64,000 nucleotides of DNA from an uncultured Gemmatimonadales bacterium (GCA_963851265.1 CAWKNZ010000002.1:1696001-1760000); one strand, 5' to 3'; shown: positions 1 through 10,742, numbered from the stretch's first letter. The notes: generated from the letters alone by a model not told the origin. Made by a program: numbers and translations.

Positions 1-986
1 AGCAGCAAGGCCGTCCCGAAGAAGCCGAGCAAGAGCGTCCAGACGCCGGCTAGCAGCCCGAACACCAGCCGCCCGACGCCGCCGGCCTGCGCGGCCAGCC
101 ACGCGCCGAGCGCGAAGAGCAGCGCGAGCGCCACCCCCGCGAGCCCGTACGCGACCACGTGCGACGGCGGCCCGGCCGGTTCGGGCGGCCGGGCCGCCGC
201 GAACACGGTGCGCTCCGACGCGACGAGCGGGACGAGGCGGCCGTCGGCGGCGCGCAGGCGCACGCCGCGCAGGTGCGCCATCATCCGCACCGGGAGAAAG
301 CTCTCCTCCCACGCGTCGAGCGGCGCGTCCGCGGGGCGGCCCAGCGCGAGCTGGATGCCCGTGTACGTGGCCGGGTCGCCGTCGGTGAGGCGACGGGTGT
401 GCGAGCGGTACGTGGTCCCGGTCGGCGCCCCGACGAGCGCGGCGCGGAGCGCACCGCCTAACGTGCGGTCGAGCAGGTCGCGCACGCGCGTCGAGCAGTT
501 GTCGCGGTAGTAGTCGTACCGGTAGTAGCGGTTCTCCTCGCGCGAGTTCCAGTCCACGAAGTCGCGCACCGCCGCGCGCTGCGCGGCGGTCAGCGCGAGT
601 TCCTGCAGGTACACGCTCCGATTCTCGACGTGCGCGTAGTGCTCGGCGAGCGCCGGCGCGTCGAACCCCTGCATCCAGTAGCGCGTGTCGCCTGTGAGGA
701 AGCGCCACACGAAATTGGGCTGGTTGAAGTCGAACATGCCCCAGTTGTACGCCACCGCCGACCCGGTCCGCCCGTCGCGCACGACGAGCGCGTTGTGCCC
801 GAACCGCTCCCACACGTCGTCGCCCGCGCCGATGGTCATGAGCGAGACCGTGAGACTGTCGCCGGGTGTGGCGCCGGGCACAGGCGTTGGGCCGCCCGCG
901 ACGCCCTGCGCCCGCGCCGGCGTCGCACGCAGCGCGGCAAGCACGACGCCCAGCACGAGCACGAAGCGCGCGAACGCGGCGGACAT
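1..986 (-). CDS. DUF4105 / Lnb-like (lipoprotein N-acyltransferase-type) membrane protein, 3' end truncated by the window edge
   Basis: Not in the ORF track; translated manually from ATG 986: MSAAFARFVLVLGVV...SLMTIGAGDDVWERFGHNALVV...YNWGMFDF...YYRYDYYRDNCSTRVRD. FGH and DNC motifs, then C-terminal hydrophobic helices. Confidence 0.8.
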   Translation of the reverse strand, partial: MSAAFARFVLVLGVVLAALRATPARAQGVAGGPTPVPGATPGDSLTVSLMTIGAGDDVWERFGHNALVVRDGRTGSAVAYNWGMFDFNQPNFVWRFLTGDTRYWMQGFDAPALAEHYAHVENRSVYLQELALTAAQRAAVRDFVDWNSREENRYYRYDYYRDNCSTRVRDLLDRTLGGALRAALVGAPTGTTYRSHTRRLTDGDPATYTGIQLALGRPADAPLDAWEESFLPVRMMAHLRGVRLRAADGRLVPLVASERTVFAAARPPEPAGPPSHVVAYGLAGVALALLFALGAWLAAQAGGVGRLVFGLLAGVWTLLLGFFGTALL

Positions 987-997
987 GCGGCCCGCTC

Positions 998-1885
998 TCA
1001 CAGCCCGCGCCGCCGCTCGAATACGTAGCTCGCGCCCGCGCGCACCGAACCGTAGCGCGCGCCGTTGAACAGGTCGTACCGCGCTTCGGCACTCACTCGG
1101 AACGCGCGCACCGGCGTGAAGTCGAACCCGACCGCACCGGTCGGCCCGAGCGCGACGCCGTCGAGGGCGCGCGCCACGAACGTGCCGTCGAGCGTGGGAT
1201 TCTGGACGTTGATGAAGTGTGTCGCCGCGCCAACCGCGAGCCACGGGCGCAGCACCCCGGCCGGCCCACCGCGCCCGAACACGCGCGGTCGCCAGCGCGT
1301 CTCGACGCTGAGCGCGACGTCCGAGCTGCGCACCTGCCCCACGTGGACCGAATCGCCGGGCGGTCCGTGGGGCGCCTGCGCGCTGATGGCGCGGCCGAGC
1401 GCCTGCGCGAAGCCGTCCACCGCGTCATCGGTGTACCGCGACGTCCAGTACGTCGCGCCGAACACGACGCGGAAGTCGGGGACGATCTCGCCGTAGTCCG
1501 CGTGGAGCGCGTAGAGGGCGGTGCTGCGCACCTGGTCGGGGAACGCCACGCCGCCGTCGAGTCCGATTTCGCGCAGCCGCAACCGGTCGAGGTTGAGCTG
1601 GTGGAAGATCGAGCGCTCGGGCCGGCGCGCGACGTCGGCGAGTTGGCTCGCGACGACGCTGTCGCGCGCGACCGAGTCGGGCAGCGCGCGGTGGAGCGAG
1701 TCGAACCGCGCGGCGGAATCGCGCGCGCTGCGTTGGGCGGTGTCGGCGCGCGCCGTGTCGCGCGTCGCGGGCCGCTGGGCGCGGGCCGCGCGTGGTCCGA
1801 ACGTGCCGCACGCCAGCAGCACGCCCGCGGTCGCCCACGCACCCGTCGGGCGCCGCAGGCCGACGCGCTCACTCCACCGGATCAA
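998..1885 (-). CDS. Hypothetical exported protein, outer-membrane beta-barrel-like
   Basis: Signal-peptide-like N-terminus, alternating beta-strand pattern and C-terminal ...RAGASYVF. The TTG start at 1885 overlapping the spoIID stop is inferred. Confidence 0.6.
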   Translation of the reverse strand: MIRWSERVGLRRPTGAWATAGVLLACGTFGPRAARAQRPATRDTARADTAQRSARDSAARFDSLHRALPDSVARDSVVASQLADVARRPERSIFHQLNLDRLRLREIGLDGGVAFPDQVRSTALYALHADYGEIVPDFRVVFGATYWTSRYTDDAVDGFAQALGRAISAQAPHGPPGDSVHVGQVRSSDVALSVETRWRPRVFGRGGPAGVLRPWLAVGAATHFINVQNPTLDGTFVARALDGVALGPTGAVGFDFTPVRAFRVSAEARYDLFNGARYGSVRAGASYVFERRRGL

Positions 1886-3299
1886 CGGTCGTTCCCGGGT
1901 AGTAGGTCTGGAGGATGTGGCGGAAGTCCTGCCCGGCGCGCGCCCGCCCGATCGCGCCCCACTGGCACATGCCGACGCCGTGCCCGTTGCCACGGCCGCG
2001 GAGCACGAGGCGCAACACGCGCCCGTCGTCGCCGCCGGTGGCCGCGGCGGAAAAATAGGTACTGGGGAGGATGTCGGTCCCCACGCCGGTCTCGCGGCCG
2101 AGGGGGCTGCGCATGGCGAACCGGATCGCGTTGCCGCGCAGGACGAAGCGGCCCGCGTCGGTGGTGACCGTCACCGACGCGGTGCGTCCCGACGGCGTCC
2201 GCTCGCCCGCCCGCCACTCGCGCACCGCGCCCAGCGGACCGCCTAACGTCGTGCCCGCGCGTCCGTCCGCCGGTGCCGCGTAGCGCCGCAGGTACCGCGC
2301 GAGCACCTCGTCGAGCGCGTCGGCGTCCCACGACCGCTCCCAGTGCGCGCGCGGGGCGATGTCGCAGTACGCGCGGTCCTCGCCCGGCACCGAGTCGCTC
2401 ACGCGCCGCAGGTACGGCGCGCGCTCGGCGCCCCACACCTCGGAGGGGTCGGCGGTGTTCCCGCCGCACGCCGAGTAGTACGGGGCCGACACGACCGCGC
2501 CCTCGTAGCGCAGCACGAGCCCCGTGGTCGCGAGCAGCGCACGGTCCGCGTTGGGCTGCTCGACGTTGACGCCGCCGTAGAGCTGGTCCTCGGTGGTCGC
2601 GCGCACGTCGTAGGGCGCGGCCGCGCGCGCGACCGCCGCCGACCGCGGCAGGAACTCCGCGATGCGGCTGTAGAGATAGCTGCGCGCGGTGACCGCCTGC
2701 GCTTCGAGCGCGGCATGGTCGCCGGCGCGCTCGGTAGGCAATTCCAGCGGCAGCACGCCGCGCAGGTACTCCTCGCCGCCAAGGCGGTTCACCACGGTCA
2801 CGGCGCCGCTCGCCGGATGCAGCCAGAGCGCGCCGCGGTAGCGGTGGCCGGCGTAGCGCACGAACCCGTCGTCGGCGTTCTCGGGGCGCGCGACGAGCGG
2901 GCCGTCGACCCAGGGGGTCGCTGCGCCCGACGCGCCGCGCGCACGCACCCGTCCGTCGCGCACCTCCACCGTCCACGCACTTCCGCCGGGTGCGTGCGCG
3001 AGCACCCCGCCGTTCGCGTCCGCGAACACCCAGGGCGCGGTCGCGCTCACCTCGGGCGCACGTACGGCGAATGCGACGGCCACGCGCACGACGCGCCCGC
3101 CCGTCGGGACGGCGACGCCGCCGTCGGAAGTCGTCGTGCTCGCGTTCGGGCGCGACGCGCCGCCGGCCTGCGCGCTCCGCGCCGGGTCGCGCGTCGCAGC
3201 CTCGTGCGCGGGCGCCGGTCCCGCGTGACACGCGAGCAGCGCCGCGCCCGCGAGAGCCGCCGCGCCGGCCCCGACGCGCGCGGTGCGCGCCCGGGTCAA
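1869..3299 (-). CDS. SpoIID/LytB domain lipoprotein (lytic transglycosylase-like)
   Basis: EEYLRGVLPLE, ALEAQAVTARSY, DQLYGG, GRGNGHGVGMCQWGA, ILQTYYPG. Lipobox LLAC. TTG start overlaps the rimO stop. Confidence 0.9.
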   Translation of the reverse strand: MTRARTARVGAGAAALAGAALLACHAGPAPAHEAATRDPARSAQAGGASRPNASTTTSDGGVAVPTGGRVVRVAVAFAVRAPEVSATAPWVFADANGGVLAHAPGGSAWTVEVRDGRVRARGASGAATPWVDGPLVARPENADDGFVRYAGHRYRGALWLHPASGAVTVVNRLGGEEYLRGVLPLELPTERAGDHAALEAQAVTARSYLYSRIAEFLPRSAAVARAAAPYDVRATTEDQLYGGVNVEQPNADRALLATTGLVLRYEGAVVSAPYYSACGGNTADPSEVWGAERAPYLRRVSDSVPGEDRAYCDIAPRAHWERSWDADALDEVLARYLRRYAAPADGRAGTTLGGPLGAVREWRAGERTPSGRTASVTVTTDAGRFVLRGNAIRFAMRSPLGRETGVGTDILPSTYFSAAATGGDDGRVLRLVLRGRGNGHGVGMCQWGAIGRARAGQDFRHILQTYYPGTTVDPVE

Positions 3300-4705
3300 C
3301 GGCCGTAGCTGCCGATGGTCGTGGCCGCGCCGACTCCGGAGCCGGCCAGGGGCAGCGCGCGCGGCGCGCGCCGCGGCACCACCGGCAGCACGGGTCCGAC
3401 CGCGGTCGCGTGGAAGTCGTAGTCGTCGACCACCTCGTCGACGACGACCTCGACGAAGCTGCCCGGGACCGCGGGGGTGTCGACCCACGTCACGCCGTCC
3501 ACGTCGTCCGCCTGCCACGGCGCGCGGGCCTGCGCCGGCGCGCCGTCGGCCGCGGCGCGGTCGACGAGCACGGTCGCGCGCGTGCCGATGCGCTCCTCGT
3601 ACCGTTCGGCGGTGATGGCGCGCTGCAGCTCGGTCAGCCGCTCCAGCCGGTCGCGCTTGACCACGTCGGGCACGTCGTCGGCGAGGGCGTACGCGCGCGT
3701 GCCCTCCTGCGGCGAGTAGGCGAAGGCGCCGACGCGGTCGAAGCGCGCCTCTTCCAGAAAGTCGCAGAGCGCGAGGAAATCGGACTCGGTCTCGCCGGGG
3801 AATCCGACGATGCACGTGGTCCGGATCGCGACCCCCGCCACCGCGTCGCGAAACCGCGCGAGCTTCTCGCGCATCGTCCGCTGCCGCTCGGGGCGCCGCA
3901 TCCGCGCGAGTACGGCGTCGCTCGCGTGCTGGATCGGCATGTCGAGGTAGCGCAGCACGCGCGGGTTGGCCGCCACGACCTCCAAGAGGCGCGGCGTGAT
4001 CCCGGTCGGGTACAGGTAGAGGTTGCGGTACCATGCGACGTCCGTCTCGGCCAGCAGCGCCTCGAGCAGGTCGGGAAGCCGCGCCCCGTCGGCGCGGTCG
4101 CGCCCGTAATGCGCCAGGTCCTGCGCGACGAGGTTGATCTCGCGCGCGCCCTGCAACTCCAGCAGCTGCGCCTCGCGTACGACGTCGGCCACCGCGAACG
4201 AGCGGTGCCGCCCGCGCATGAGCGGGATCGCGCAGAACGCGCACCCGTGATCGCACCCCTCGCTGATCTTGAGGTAGCGCACGTGCGGCAGGTCGCCGCC
4301 GTAGAGGCGCACGCCCGGGTGCTCGCTCAGCGCGTCGGGTGAGACGAGCCCGCGAGCCGCGAGCTGCGGCACGAGCTGGTCGACGTCGCTCGCGCCGAGG
4401 AACAGGTCGACCTCGGGCAGCGCCTCGGCCAGCTCCTCGCGGTGGCGCTGCACCATGCAGCCCACCGCCACCACCGCCTGACACGCGCCGTCGACCTTGA
4501 GACGCCCGGCGCCGACGAGCGCGTCGATGCTCTCCTGCTTGGCCGCGTCGATGAAGCCGCACGTGTTGACCAGGATCACCTCGGCCTCGCTCGGGTCGCC
4601 CGTCGGCGTGGCGCCGTGCGCGACGAGCTCGGCGAGGTAGCGCTCCGAGTCGACGGTGTTCTTGTCGCAGCCGAGCGTGAGCAGGGCGACCTTGACGCCT
4701 AACAT
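3296..4705 (-). CDS. rimO: Ribosomal protein S12 methylthiotransferase RimO
   Basis: LGCDKNTVDSE, NTCGFI, radical-SAM motif EGCDHGCAFCAIP, IVGFPGET, C-terminal TRAM domain. Confidence 0.93.
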   Translation of the reverse strand: MLGVKVALLTLGCDKNTVDSERYLAELVAHGATPTGDPSEAEVILVNTCGFIDAAKQESIDALVGAGRLKVDGACQAVVAVGCMVQRHREELAEALPEVDLFLGASDVDQLVPQLAARGLVSPDALSEHPGVRLYGGDLPHVRYLKISEGCDHGCAFCAIPLMRGRHRSFAVADVVREAQLLELQGAREINLVAQDLAHYGRDRADGARLPDLLEALLAETDVAWYRNLYLYPTGITPRLLEVVAANPRVLRYLDMPIQHASDAVLARMRRPERQRTMREKLARFRDAVAGVAIRTTCIVGFPGETESDFLALCDFLEEARFDRVGAFAYSPQEGTRAYALADDVPDVVKRDRLERLTELQRAITAERYEERIGTRATVLVDRAAADGAPAQARAPWQADDVDGVTWVDTPAVPGSFVEVVVDEVVDDYDFHATAVGPVLPVVPRRAPRALPLAGSGVGAATTIGSYGR

Positions 4706-4720
4706 TCGCGGGTCCGCGGC

Positions 4721-5221
4721 CTACCGGTAGTTGCCGAACTTCAGCTCGACGCCGAAGTCGCCCTTCCGCAGCAGCTGGATCGCCGCCTGCAGGTCGTCCT
4801 TGTCGGGCGCGGTCACGCGCACCTGCTCGGCCTGGATGCTCGCCTGCACCTTCTTGAGCTTGGCCTCCTTCACCGCGGCCGCCACCTTCTTGGCCGTGTC
4901 GGAGTCGAGCGCGGTCTTGAGCTTGACCTCGCGGCGGACGGTGTCGCCGCCCGCCTGCTCGATCTTGCCGATGTCGAGGTTCTTCACCGGCACGCCGCGC
5001 TTGATGAGCTTGGCCTGCAACACGTCGAACAGCGCGGTCATCTGGAAATCGCTGTCGGCGACGAGCGCGAGCGTGCTCTCCGCGCGCTGGAAGTCGATCG
5101 CGGCCTTCGACCCCTTGAAGTCGTAGCGCTGCGCGATCTCCTTCTGCGCCTGATTGACGGCATTGTCGACTTCCTGCAGGTCGACCCCGGTGGTCACGTC
5201 GAACGAGTACGTCTGGGCCAT
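4721..5221 (-). CDS. yajQ: YajQ family nucleotide/c-di-GMP-binding protein
   Basis: SFDV...QEVDNAVNQA.KEI..RYDFKGS...KVQASIQ...DDLQ...FGNYR. Confidence 0.93.
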   Translation of the reverse strand: MAQTYSFDVTTGVDLQEVDNAVNQAQKEIAQRYDFKGSKAAIDFQRAESTLALVADSDFQMTALFDVLQAKLIKRGVPVKNLDIGKIEQAGGDTVRREVKLKTALDSDTAKKVAAAVKEAKLKKVQASIQAEQVRVTAPDKDDLQAAIQLLRKGDFGVELKFGNYR

Positions 5222-5417
5222 CACGTCGCGGACAGATACGATCGGGCCGCGCGGCATACGCGCACGGCTGCGGCAGCCCACAAGCTAACTCGTTCGGGCG
5301 CGGAGAGTTGGGCGCGCTTTAACATCCGGTCGCGCTGGGGCGTCTACGCTGCACCCCCGAACGACCCCCGGCCGCCGCGCCCCGCGACGCCGCGCCGTTC
5401 GCACGCCCGGACCACAC

Positions 5418-6857
5418 GTGCGTCGCCTCCTCACCCTCGCGGCCGCCGCCGCACTCGCGATCGGCTGCACCGATCGCGCCTCCCCGACGGCGGTCGCACC
5501 CGTCGCGCGCGTGCGTCCCACGGTCGACACCGTCGCTCTGCTTGCTGACGCCAGCAACGCGCTCGAGCTGTGGGTGCACGTCGACGTCACGCGCGCCGAC
5601 TCGGTGCGCGTGCTCTACCGCGTGGGCGCCGGCGGCGAGCAGACCACGCCGATGGTCACCGCCGCGGACACGGCGAACGTTCCGATCCTCGCAGTCCCGC
5701 CTGGCGCCACGGTGCGGGCGCAGGTGGTCGCGATGCGCGCCGGCGTTGCCGACACGTCCGCGCCGGTGACCGCGATCAACACCGCGGCCGTCCCCGACAT
5801 CGTGCGTCGCGTGCGACTCACGACCACGGCAGGCCACGCCAGCCGCGGGTACGTGCTGACCGCGGTCACCCTCGGTGACACGTCCTACGCGGTCGCGTTC
5901 GATTCGACCGGCACCGTGGCGTGGTACCGCGCGTTCCCCGGGCTCGTCGGCGGCAACAACGCATACCAGCAGCCCAACGGCGACATCACCCTGTTTCTCG
6001 GCGGCGCTGCCGGCGCGACGTCTCCGACCGGCTACTTCGCGGAGGTGCAGCCCTCGGGCACGCTCGTCCGGCAGTGGGCGGCGCCGACGGGCTACTCCAC
6101 CGACGTGCACGAACTCCGGCTCGGCGCCGGCGCGGGCGGGTCGTCGTACGTGTTCGGCTTCGACACGGCCACGATGGATCTTTCCGCACGCGGCCGCGCG
6201 ACGAACGCGGCGGTGGCGGGCCATGAGATCTTCCGGCTGAACGCGCAGGGCGTCGCCACGCCGGTGTTCGTCGCGCGTGACCACTTCACCGTCGCCGATT
6301 GGATCGACCCCGAACCCAACGTCCTGGACTTCGACCATCCCAACTCGATCGACGTCGACCGCGACGGCGGCCTGATCGTCTCGTGGCGCAACTTCGACGA
6401 GGTCTCGAAAATCGACCCGGCCACGGGTCAGTTCGTGTGGCGGCTCGGGGGCGCGCACAACCAGTTCACCTTCGTCAACGACCCGCTTGGCGGCTTCGGC
6501 GGGCAGCATTTCGCCCGCATGCTCCCCGATGGCGACTTGCTCCTCTACGACAACGGCACCATTCACGCGCCGCAAGCGACGCGCGCGGCCGAGTATCGGC
6601 TCGACCTCGCCGCGCACACGGCGACGCTCGTGTGGGAATTCCGGCACCAGCCCGCGATCTTCACCCCGCTCGTGGGCTCGGTGCAGCGCCTCGCGAGTGG
6701 GCACACGTTCATCGGGTACGGCTACGTCGGCGTGGCCACCGAGGTCACGCCGACGGGCACGGTCACGTGGGAGGGGCAGCTCACGGTGGACGGTCAGGCG
6801 ACGCTCGCGTACCGTCTGCTCAAGGTCGCCGCGCTCGCGCGATACGCGGCGCCGTAG
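5418..6857 (+). CDS. Aryl-sulfate sulfotransferase (ASST)-like lipoprotein
   Basis: Lipobox LAIGC; DVHE, DFDHPNSI, VSWRN, GQHFAR, YDNG, GSVQRL motifs. Confidence 0.78.
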   Translation: MRRLLTLAAAAALAIGCTDRASPTAVAPVARVRPTVDTVALLADASNALELWVHVDVTRADSVRVLYRVGAGGEQTTPMVTAADTANVPILAVPPGATVRAQVVAMRAGVADTSAPVTAINTAAVPDIVRRVRLTTTAGHASRGYVLTAVTLGDTSYAVAFDSTGTVAWYRAFPGLVGGNNAYQQPNGDITLFLGGAAGATSPTGYFAEVQPSGTLVRQWAAPTGYSTDVHELRLGAGAGGSSYVFGFDTATMDLSARGRATNAAVAGHEIFRLNAQGVATPVFVARDHFTVADWIDPEPNVLDFDHPNSIDVDRDGGLIVSWRNFDEVSKIDPATGQFVWRLGGAHNQFTFVNDPLGGFGGQHFARMLPDGDLLLYDNGTIHAPQATRAAEYRLDLAAHTATLVWEFRHQPAIFTPLVGSVQRLASGHTFIGYGYVGVATEVTPTGTVTWEGQLTVDGQATLAYRLLKVAALARYAAP

Positions 6858-6886
6858 CGCCGCGGCGCGGAACGACGCCGCGGCGG
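6858..6886. terminator. GC-rich hairpin between convergent ASST and sigma-factor genes
   Basis: cgccgcggcg-N8-cgccgcggcg, self-complementary arms, no U-tract. Confidence 0.4.
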
Positions 6887-6893
6887 CCCGGCG

Positions 6894-7757
6894 CTAACCG
6901 AGAAAGCTCGCCAGCCCGCGGGCCTGCGACTGGTGGCGCAGCCGCGAGATCGCCTTCTCCTTGATCTGGCGCACGCGCTCGCGCGTGACGCCGAGCAGGA
7001 CGCCGATGTCCTCGAGGGTCATCGGTTCGCCGCCGTCGAGGCCGAAGTAGAGACGGAGGATCTTCGACTCGCGCTCCTTGAGCGTAGCGAGCGACTCGTC
7101 GACGGCCTCCGTGAGCGCGCGCTCGAACATCTGCTCGTCGGGGCCCGCGCTGTCCTCGTCAGCGAGGTAGTCGAGGAGGCGCGTGTCCTCGCCCGGCGCG
7201 AGTGGCGCGTCGAGCGACAGGTGCCCCTGGGAGATCGCGACCGTCTTCGCGACCTCCTCTTCGGACAGTTCCATCCCTTCGGCGATTTCGGCGTGCGTCG
7301 CCTCGCGCCCGAGCTCCTGCTGGAGCGCGTTGGCGCGGCGGCCGATCCGGTGGAGCGCGCCGGCGCGGTTGAGCGGTACGCGCACGATCCGGCTCTGCTC
7401 GGCGAGCGCCTGGAGGATCGCCTGACGGATCCACCACACGGCGTAGGAGATGAACTTGATCCCTTTCGTCTCGTCGAACTTGTGCGCCGCGCGGATCAGC
7501 CCGAGGTTGCCCTCGTTGATGAGGTCCGAGAGCGACACGCCCTGGTGCTGGTACTTCTTCGCGACCGAAACGACGAAGCGCAGATTCGCGCGCACGAGCG
7601 CGTCGAGTGCGCCCTGGTCGCCGTGTCGGATGCGGCGCGCGAGTTCGGCTTCTCGCTCGCGACTGATCAGCGGATAGACGCTGATGTCGCGCAGGTACTG
7701 ATCGAGGGATCCCTCGTCAGACGTGCGCGCTTTACGGGGTACGGTAGAAACGCCCAT
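6894..7757 (-). CDS. RNA polymerase sigma-70 factor, RpoD/SigA family, short form without region 1.1
   Basis: SLDQYLRDI, ANLRFVVSVAKKY, DLINEGNLGL, KFISYAVWWIRQAI, TRERVRQI. Confidence 0.92.
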   Translation of the reverse strand: MGVSTVPRKARTSDEGSLDQYLRDISVYPLISREREAELARRIRHGDQGALDALVRANLRFVVSVAKKYQHQGVSLSDLINEGNLGLIRAAHKFDETKGIKFISYAVWWIRQAILQALAEQSRIVRVPLNRAGALHRIGRRANALQQELGREATHAEIAEGMELSEEEVAKTVAISQGHLSLDAPLAPGEDTRLLDYLADEDSAGPDEQMFERALTEAVDESLATLKERESKILRLYFGLDGGEPMTLEDIGVLLGVTRERVRQIKEKAISRLRHQSQARGLASFLG

Positions 7758-8021
7758 CTGCTCGCTCCTGACTGCCGCGTTGCTCCGCCCGTGACGCGCG
7801 GGGGGGTGCGCGTTCGGGTGTCGTGCGGGGACGACCCGGTGTTCGGCCGTGGCGGCACCGAACGCCGGCACGCCGCCGGGAAGGGGGACGGCGTGTACGG
7901 CTGGACTACGGGTGAGGCGGTACTGCGAGGTGCGGTCGAACTACGTCGTGGTGCAATCGGCTGCGGCCGCCGGCTCGTCCCACTTAGAGAATGCGGAAAA
8001 GCGCGGCGGAACGGCTCAATC

Positions 8022-8939
8022 TCACTGAACCCGCGTGAAGATCCGTCGCCACCGCACCCGCGTCGCCCAGGCGAGGGACGTCGTGGTGTCGGGCGTATAG
8101 CTGTAGTAGACGAACAGTGGGCGGCCAATCACGAGCGAATCGGCCACGAACCCCCAGTAACGGCTGTCGAGCGAGTTGTCGCGGTTGTCGCCGAGCACGA
8201 AATAGTGGCCGGCGGGCACGATGAGCGGACCCCAGTTGTCGCGCGACGGGTGCGCGGTCGGATCGGAGAGCGGCGCGAGCGGCGTGCGCGGGCCGTCGCG
8301 GAGCGGCGACCGAGCGACAGGCGCCGCGGCGGCCGTCCGCACCGCGAAGTGCGTCTGCCACTCGAAGTCGGCGGCGGCCGGGTCGGATCCGGGCTCGGTG
8401 TGCTCCACGTACGCCTCGGTGCGCGGGACGTTGTTCACGAGCAGCGTCCCGGCGCGCATCGCGAGCGTGTCGCCGGCCACGCCGATGATCCGCTTCACGA
8501 GATTCTTCTCGGGGTCCTTCGGCCAGGTGAACACGATGACCTGGCCGCGTGCGGGCGTTTGGAGGCGCGGCAGGTGGTGCTTGGTGAACGGCACCTCGGC
8601 GCCGTACCCGAGCTTGTTGACGAGCAGGAAGTCGCCGACGAGAATCGTGCGCTCCATGCTCCCGCTCGGAATCTTGTACGCCTCGACGAAGAACGCGCGG
8701 ACGAAGAGGAAGAGCAGGACCGCGAGCGAGCAGACCTTCGCCCACTCCCAGAACCAGCCGAACACGCGCAGGCGCGGCCGGCGGTTCACGCGCTCAAGCG
8801 CGAACGCGCGATCGGCGTCTGAACACCACGCCGCCGCGCTCGGCTGTGAGGCGGGGGACGAAGCGGCGCCCGGATACGGCAAATCGGCCCCGGTCCCGAG
8901 ATCCATTACGGCGAGGTGGGCGGGTGGCAGGCGGGACAC
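8022..8939 (-). CDS. lepB: Signal peptidase I
   Basis: IPSGSM, GDFLLVNK, VKRIIG, GDNRDNSLDSRYWG; start codon uncertain. Confidence 0.92.
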   Translation of the reverse strand: MSRLPPAHLAVMDLGTGADLPYPGAASSPASQPSAAAWCSDADRAFALERVNRRPRLRVFGWFWEWAKVCSLAVLLFLFVRAFFVEAYKIPSGSMERTILVGDFLLVNKLGYGAEVPFTKHHLPRLQTPARGQVIVFTWPKDPEKNLVKRIIGVAGDTLAMRAGTLLVNNVPRTEAYVEHTEPGSDPAAADFEWQTHFAVRTAAAAPVARSPLRDGPRTPLAPLSDPTAHPSRDNWGPLIVPAGHYFVLGDNRDNSLDSRYWGFVADSLVIGRPLFVYYSYTPDTTTSLAWATRVRWRRIFTRVQ

Positions 8940-9044
8940 GCGCGGCCAGCGCGCCGTGGCGCGCGTCGACTACGCATGACGGAAATAAAATCGATCGGCT
9001 TGACAGCGTGCAAGCGGCATCCCGAGACGCGCCATCCGGGACGG

Positions 9045-10556
9045 TCAGTCCGGCGTGCCGAGGTAGTTGTCGATCTGCGCGCGCTGTAGCGTGCCCGAGT
9101 AATCGACGTAGCCGACCTTGGTTTCGGAGTAGAACTCGTACACTTCCCAGCCGCCCTCGCGGTGACCGTTACCAGTTTGTTTCACGCCGCCGAACGGCAG
9201 GTGCGCCTCGGCCCCGATGGTCGGCGCGTTCACGTACGTGATGCCGTTGTCGAGGTCCTGCAGCGCGCGGAAGCCGAGTGCCAGGTCGCGGGTGTAGACG
9301 CTGGACGAGAGGCCGTACTTCACGTCGTTGTTGACCAGGAACGCCTCGTCCGCCGAATCGACGCGCACGACCGAAAGCACCGGCCCGAAGATCTCCTCCT
9401 GCTCGAGTCGGCTCCCCGGCCGCACGCCGGTGAAGATCGTCGGCTCGTAGAACCAGCCGTGGGACAGCGCGTCAGCGTCGGCACGCCGCCCGCCGGTGAC
9501 GAGGGTCGCACCCTCGTCGCGGCCAATCGCGACGTATTCCTCGACTTTCGCGCGCGACGCCTCGTGAATGAGCGGGCCGACGTCGGTGCCCGGCTTGCGA
9601 CCGTCTCCGAGGACGAGGGCCTGCGCCCGCTCGGCGAGCCGCTCGACGAACCGGTCGTGGATACCGCGCTGCAGCACGAGCCGGCTGGTCGCCGTGCAGC
9701 GCTGCCCCGTGGTACCGAACGCGCCCCACAGCACCCCTTCGAGCGCGAGGTCGAGATCCGCGTCGTCGAGCACGATCTGCGCGTTCTTGCCGCCCATCTC
9801 GAGCGACAGACGTTTGTGCGTGCGCCCGCACGCCTCTCCGACGCGGGAGCCGGTCTCGGTCGACCCGGTGAACGACACGGCGTCGACGCCGTCGTGAGCG
9901 ACGATCGCCGCGCCCACGTCGCCTTCCCCGTGGACGAGCTGGATGACCTCGGGCGGGAGCCCCGCCTCGAGTAGCACCTCGACGAACACGTGGCCGGTGT
10001 GCGGCACGTCCTCCGCGGGCTTGAACACGCACGCGTTGCCGCACAGCAGCGCGGGAAAGAGCTTCCAGGTCGGGATCGCGAGCGGGAAGTTGAACGGCGT
10101 GATGATGCCACACACGCCGATCGGTCGCCGGTACGTCATCGCCCACTTGTTCCGCAGCTCGCTCGGCACGGTGTGACCGAACAGGCGCCGGCCCTCGGTC
10201 GCGGCGTAGTACGCGGTGTCGATGCCTTCCTGCACGTCGCCGCGCGTCTCGGTGAGCGGCTTTCCCATTTCGCGTGTCATCAGGTCGGCGATTTCGTCCT
10301 TGCGCGCGACGAGCAGGTCACCCGCACGGCGCAGCACGTCGCCGCGCGCGGGCGCTGGCGTGCGGCGCCATTCCTCAAAGCCTCGGCGCGCGCTTGCCAC
10401 GGCCCGGGCGACGTCGTCCGCTCCGGAGCGGGGGAAGCGCCCGATGAGGTCGCGCGTATCGGCGGGGTTCCGGTTCTCGAAATACTCGCCGGTCGATGGG
10501 GCGACCCACGCGCCCGCGATGAAGTTGTTGAAGAGCTGATCTGGAGAAGCAGGCAT
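9045..10556 (-). CDS. Aldehyde dehydrogenase family protein
   Basis: [38 protein letters not shown]. Confidence 0.92.
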   Translation of the reverse strand: MPASPDQLFNNFIAGAWVAPSTGEYFENRNPADTRDLIGRFPRSGADDVARAVASARRGFEEWRRTPAPARGDVLRRAGDLLVARKDEIADLMTREMGKPLTETRGDVQEGIDTAYYAATEGRRLFGHTVPSELRNKWAMTYRRPIGVCGIITPFNFPLAIPTWKLFPALLCGNACVFKPAEDVPHTGHVFVEVLLEAGLPPEVIQLVHGEGDVGAAIVAHDGVDAVSFTGSTETGSRVGEACGRTHKRLSLEMGGKNAQIVLDDADLDLALEGVLWGAFGTTGQRCTATSRLVLQRGIHDRFVERLAERAQALVLGDGRKPGTDVGPLIHEASRAKVEEYVAIGRDEGATLVTGGRRADADALSHGWFYEPTIFTGVRPGSRLEQEEIFGPVLSVVRVDSADEAFLVNNDVKYGLSSSVYTRDLALGFRALQDLDNGITYVNAPTIGAEAHLPFGGVKQTGNGHREGGWEVYEFYSETKVGYVDYSGTLQRAQIDNYLGTPD

Positions 10557-10742
10557 GCGCGCGGACGGCAAACGGATCGTGAGCGAGGGGGAGCGGGGCG
10601 GGAATCTACCCGCCGCACCGCGCCGCCCGTTGCACGCGGCGGCCGATTGACGGCACGCACCGGGTCGCCACATTGGAGCGCACCTGCGCGCCACCCGCCC
10701 GGCCCGCCGCCCTTCGCGCTCCACGACCGTCGTGCCCCCGCC

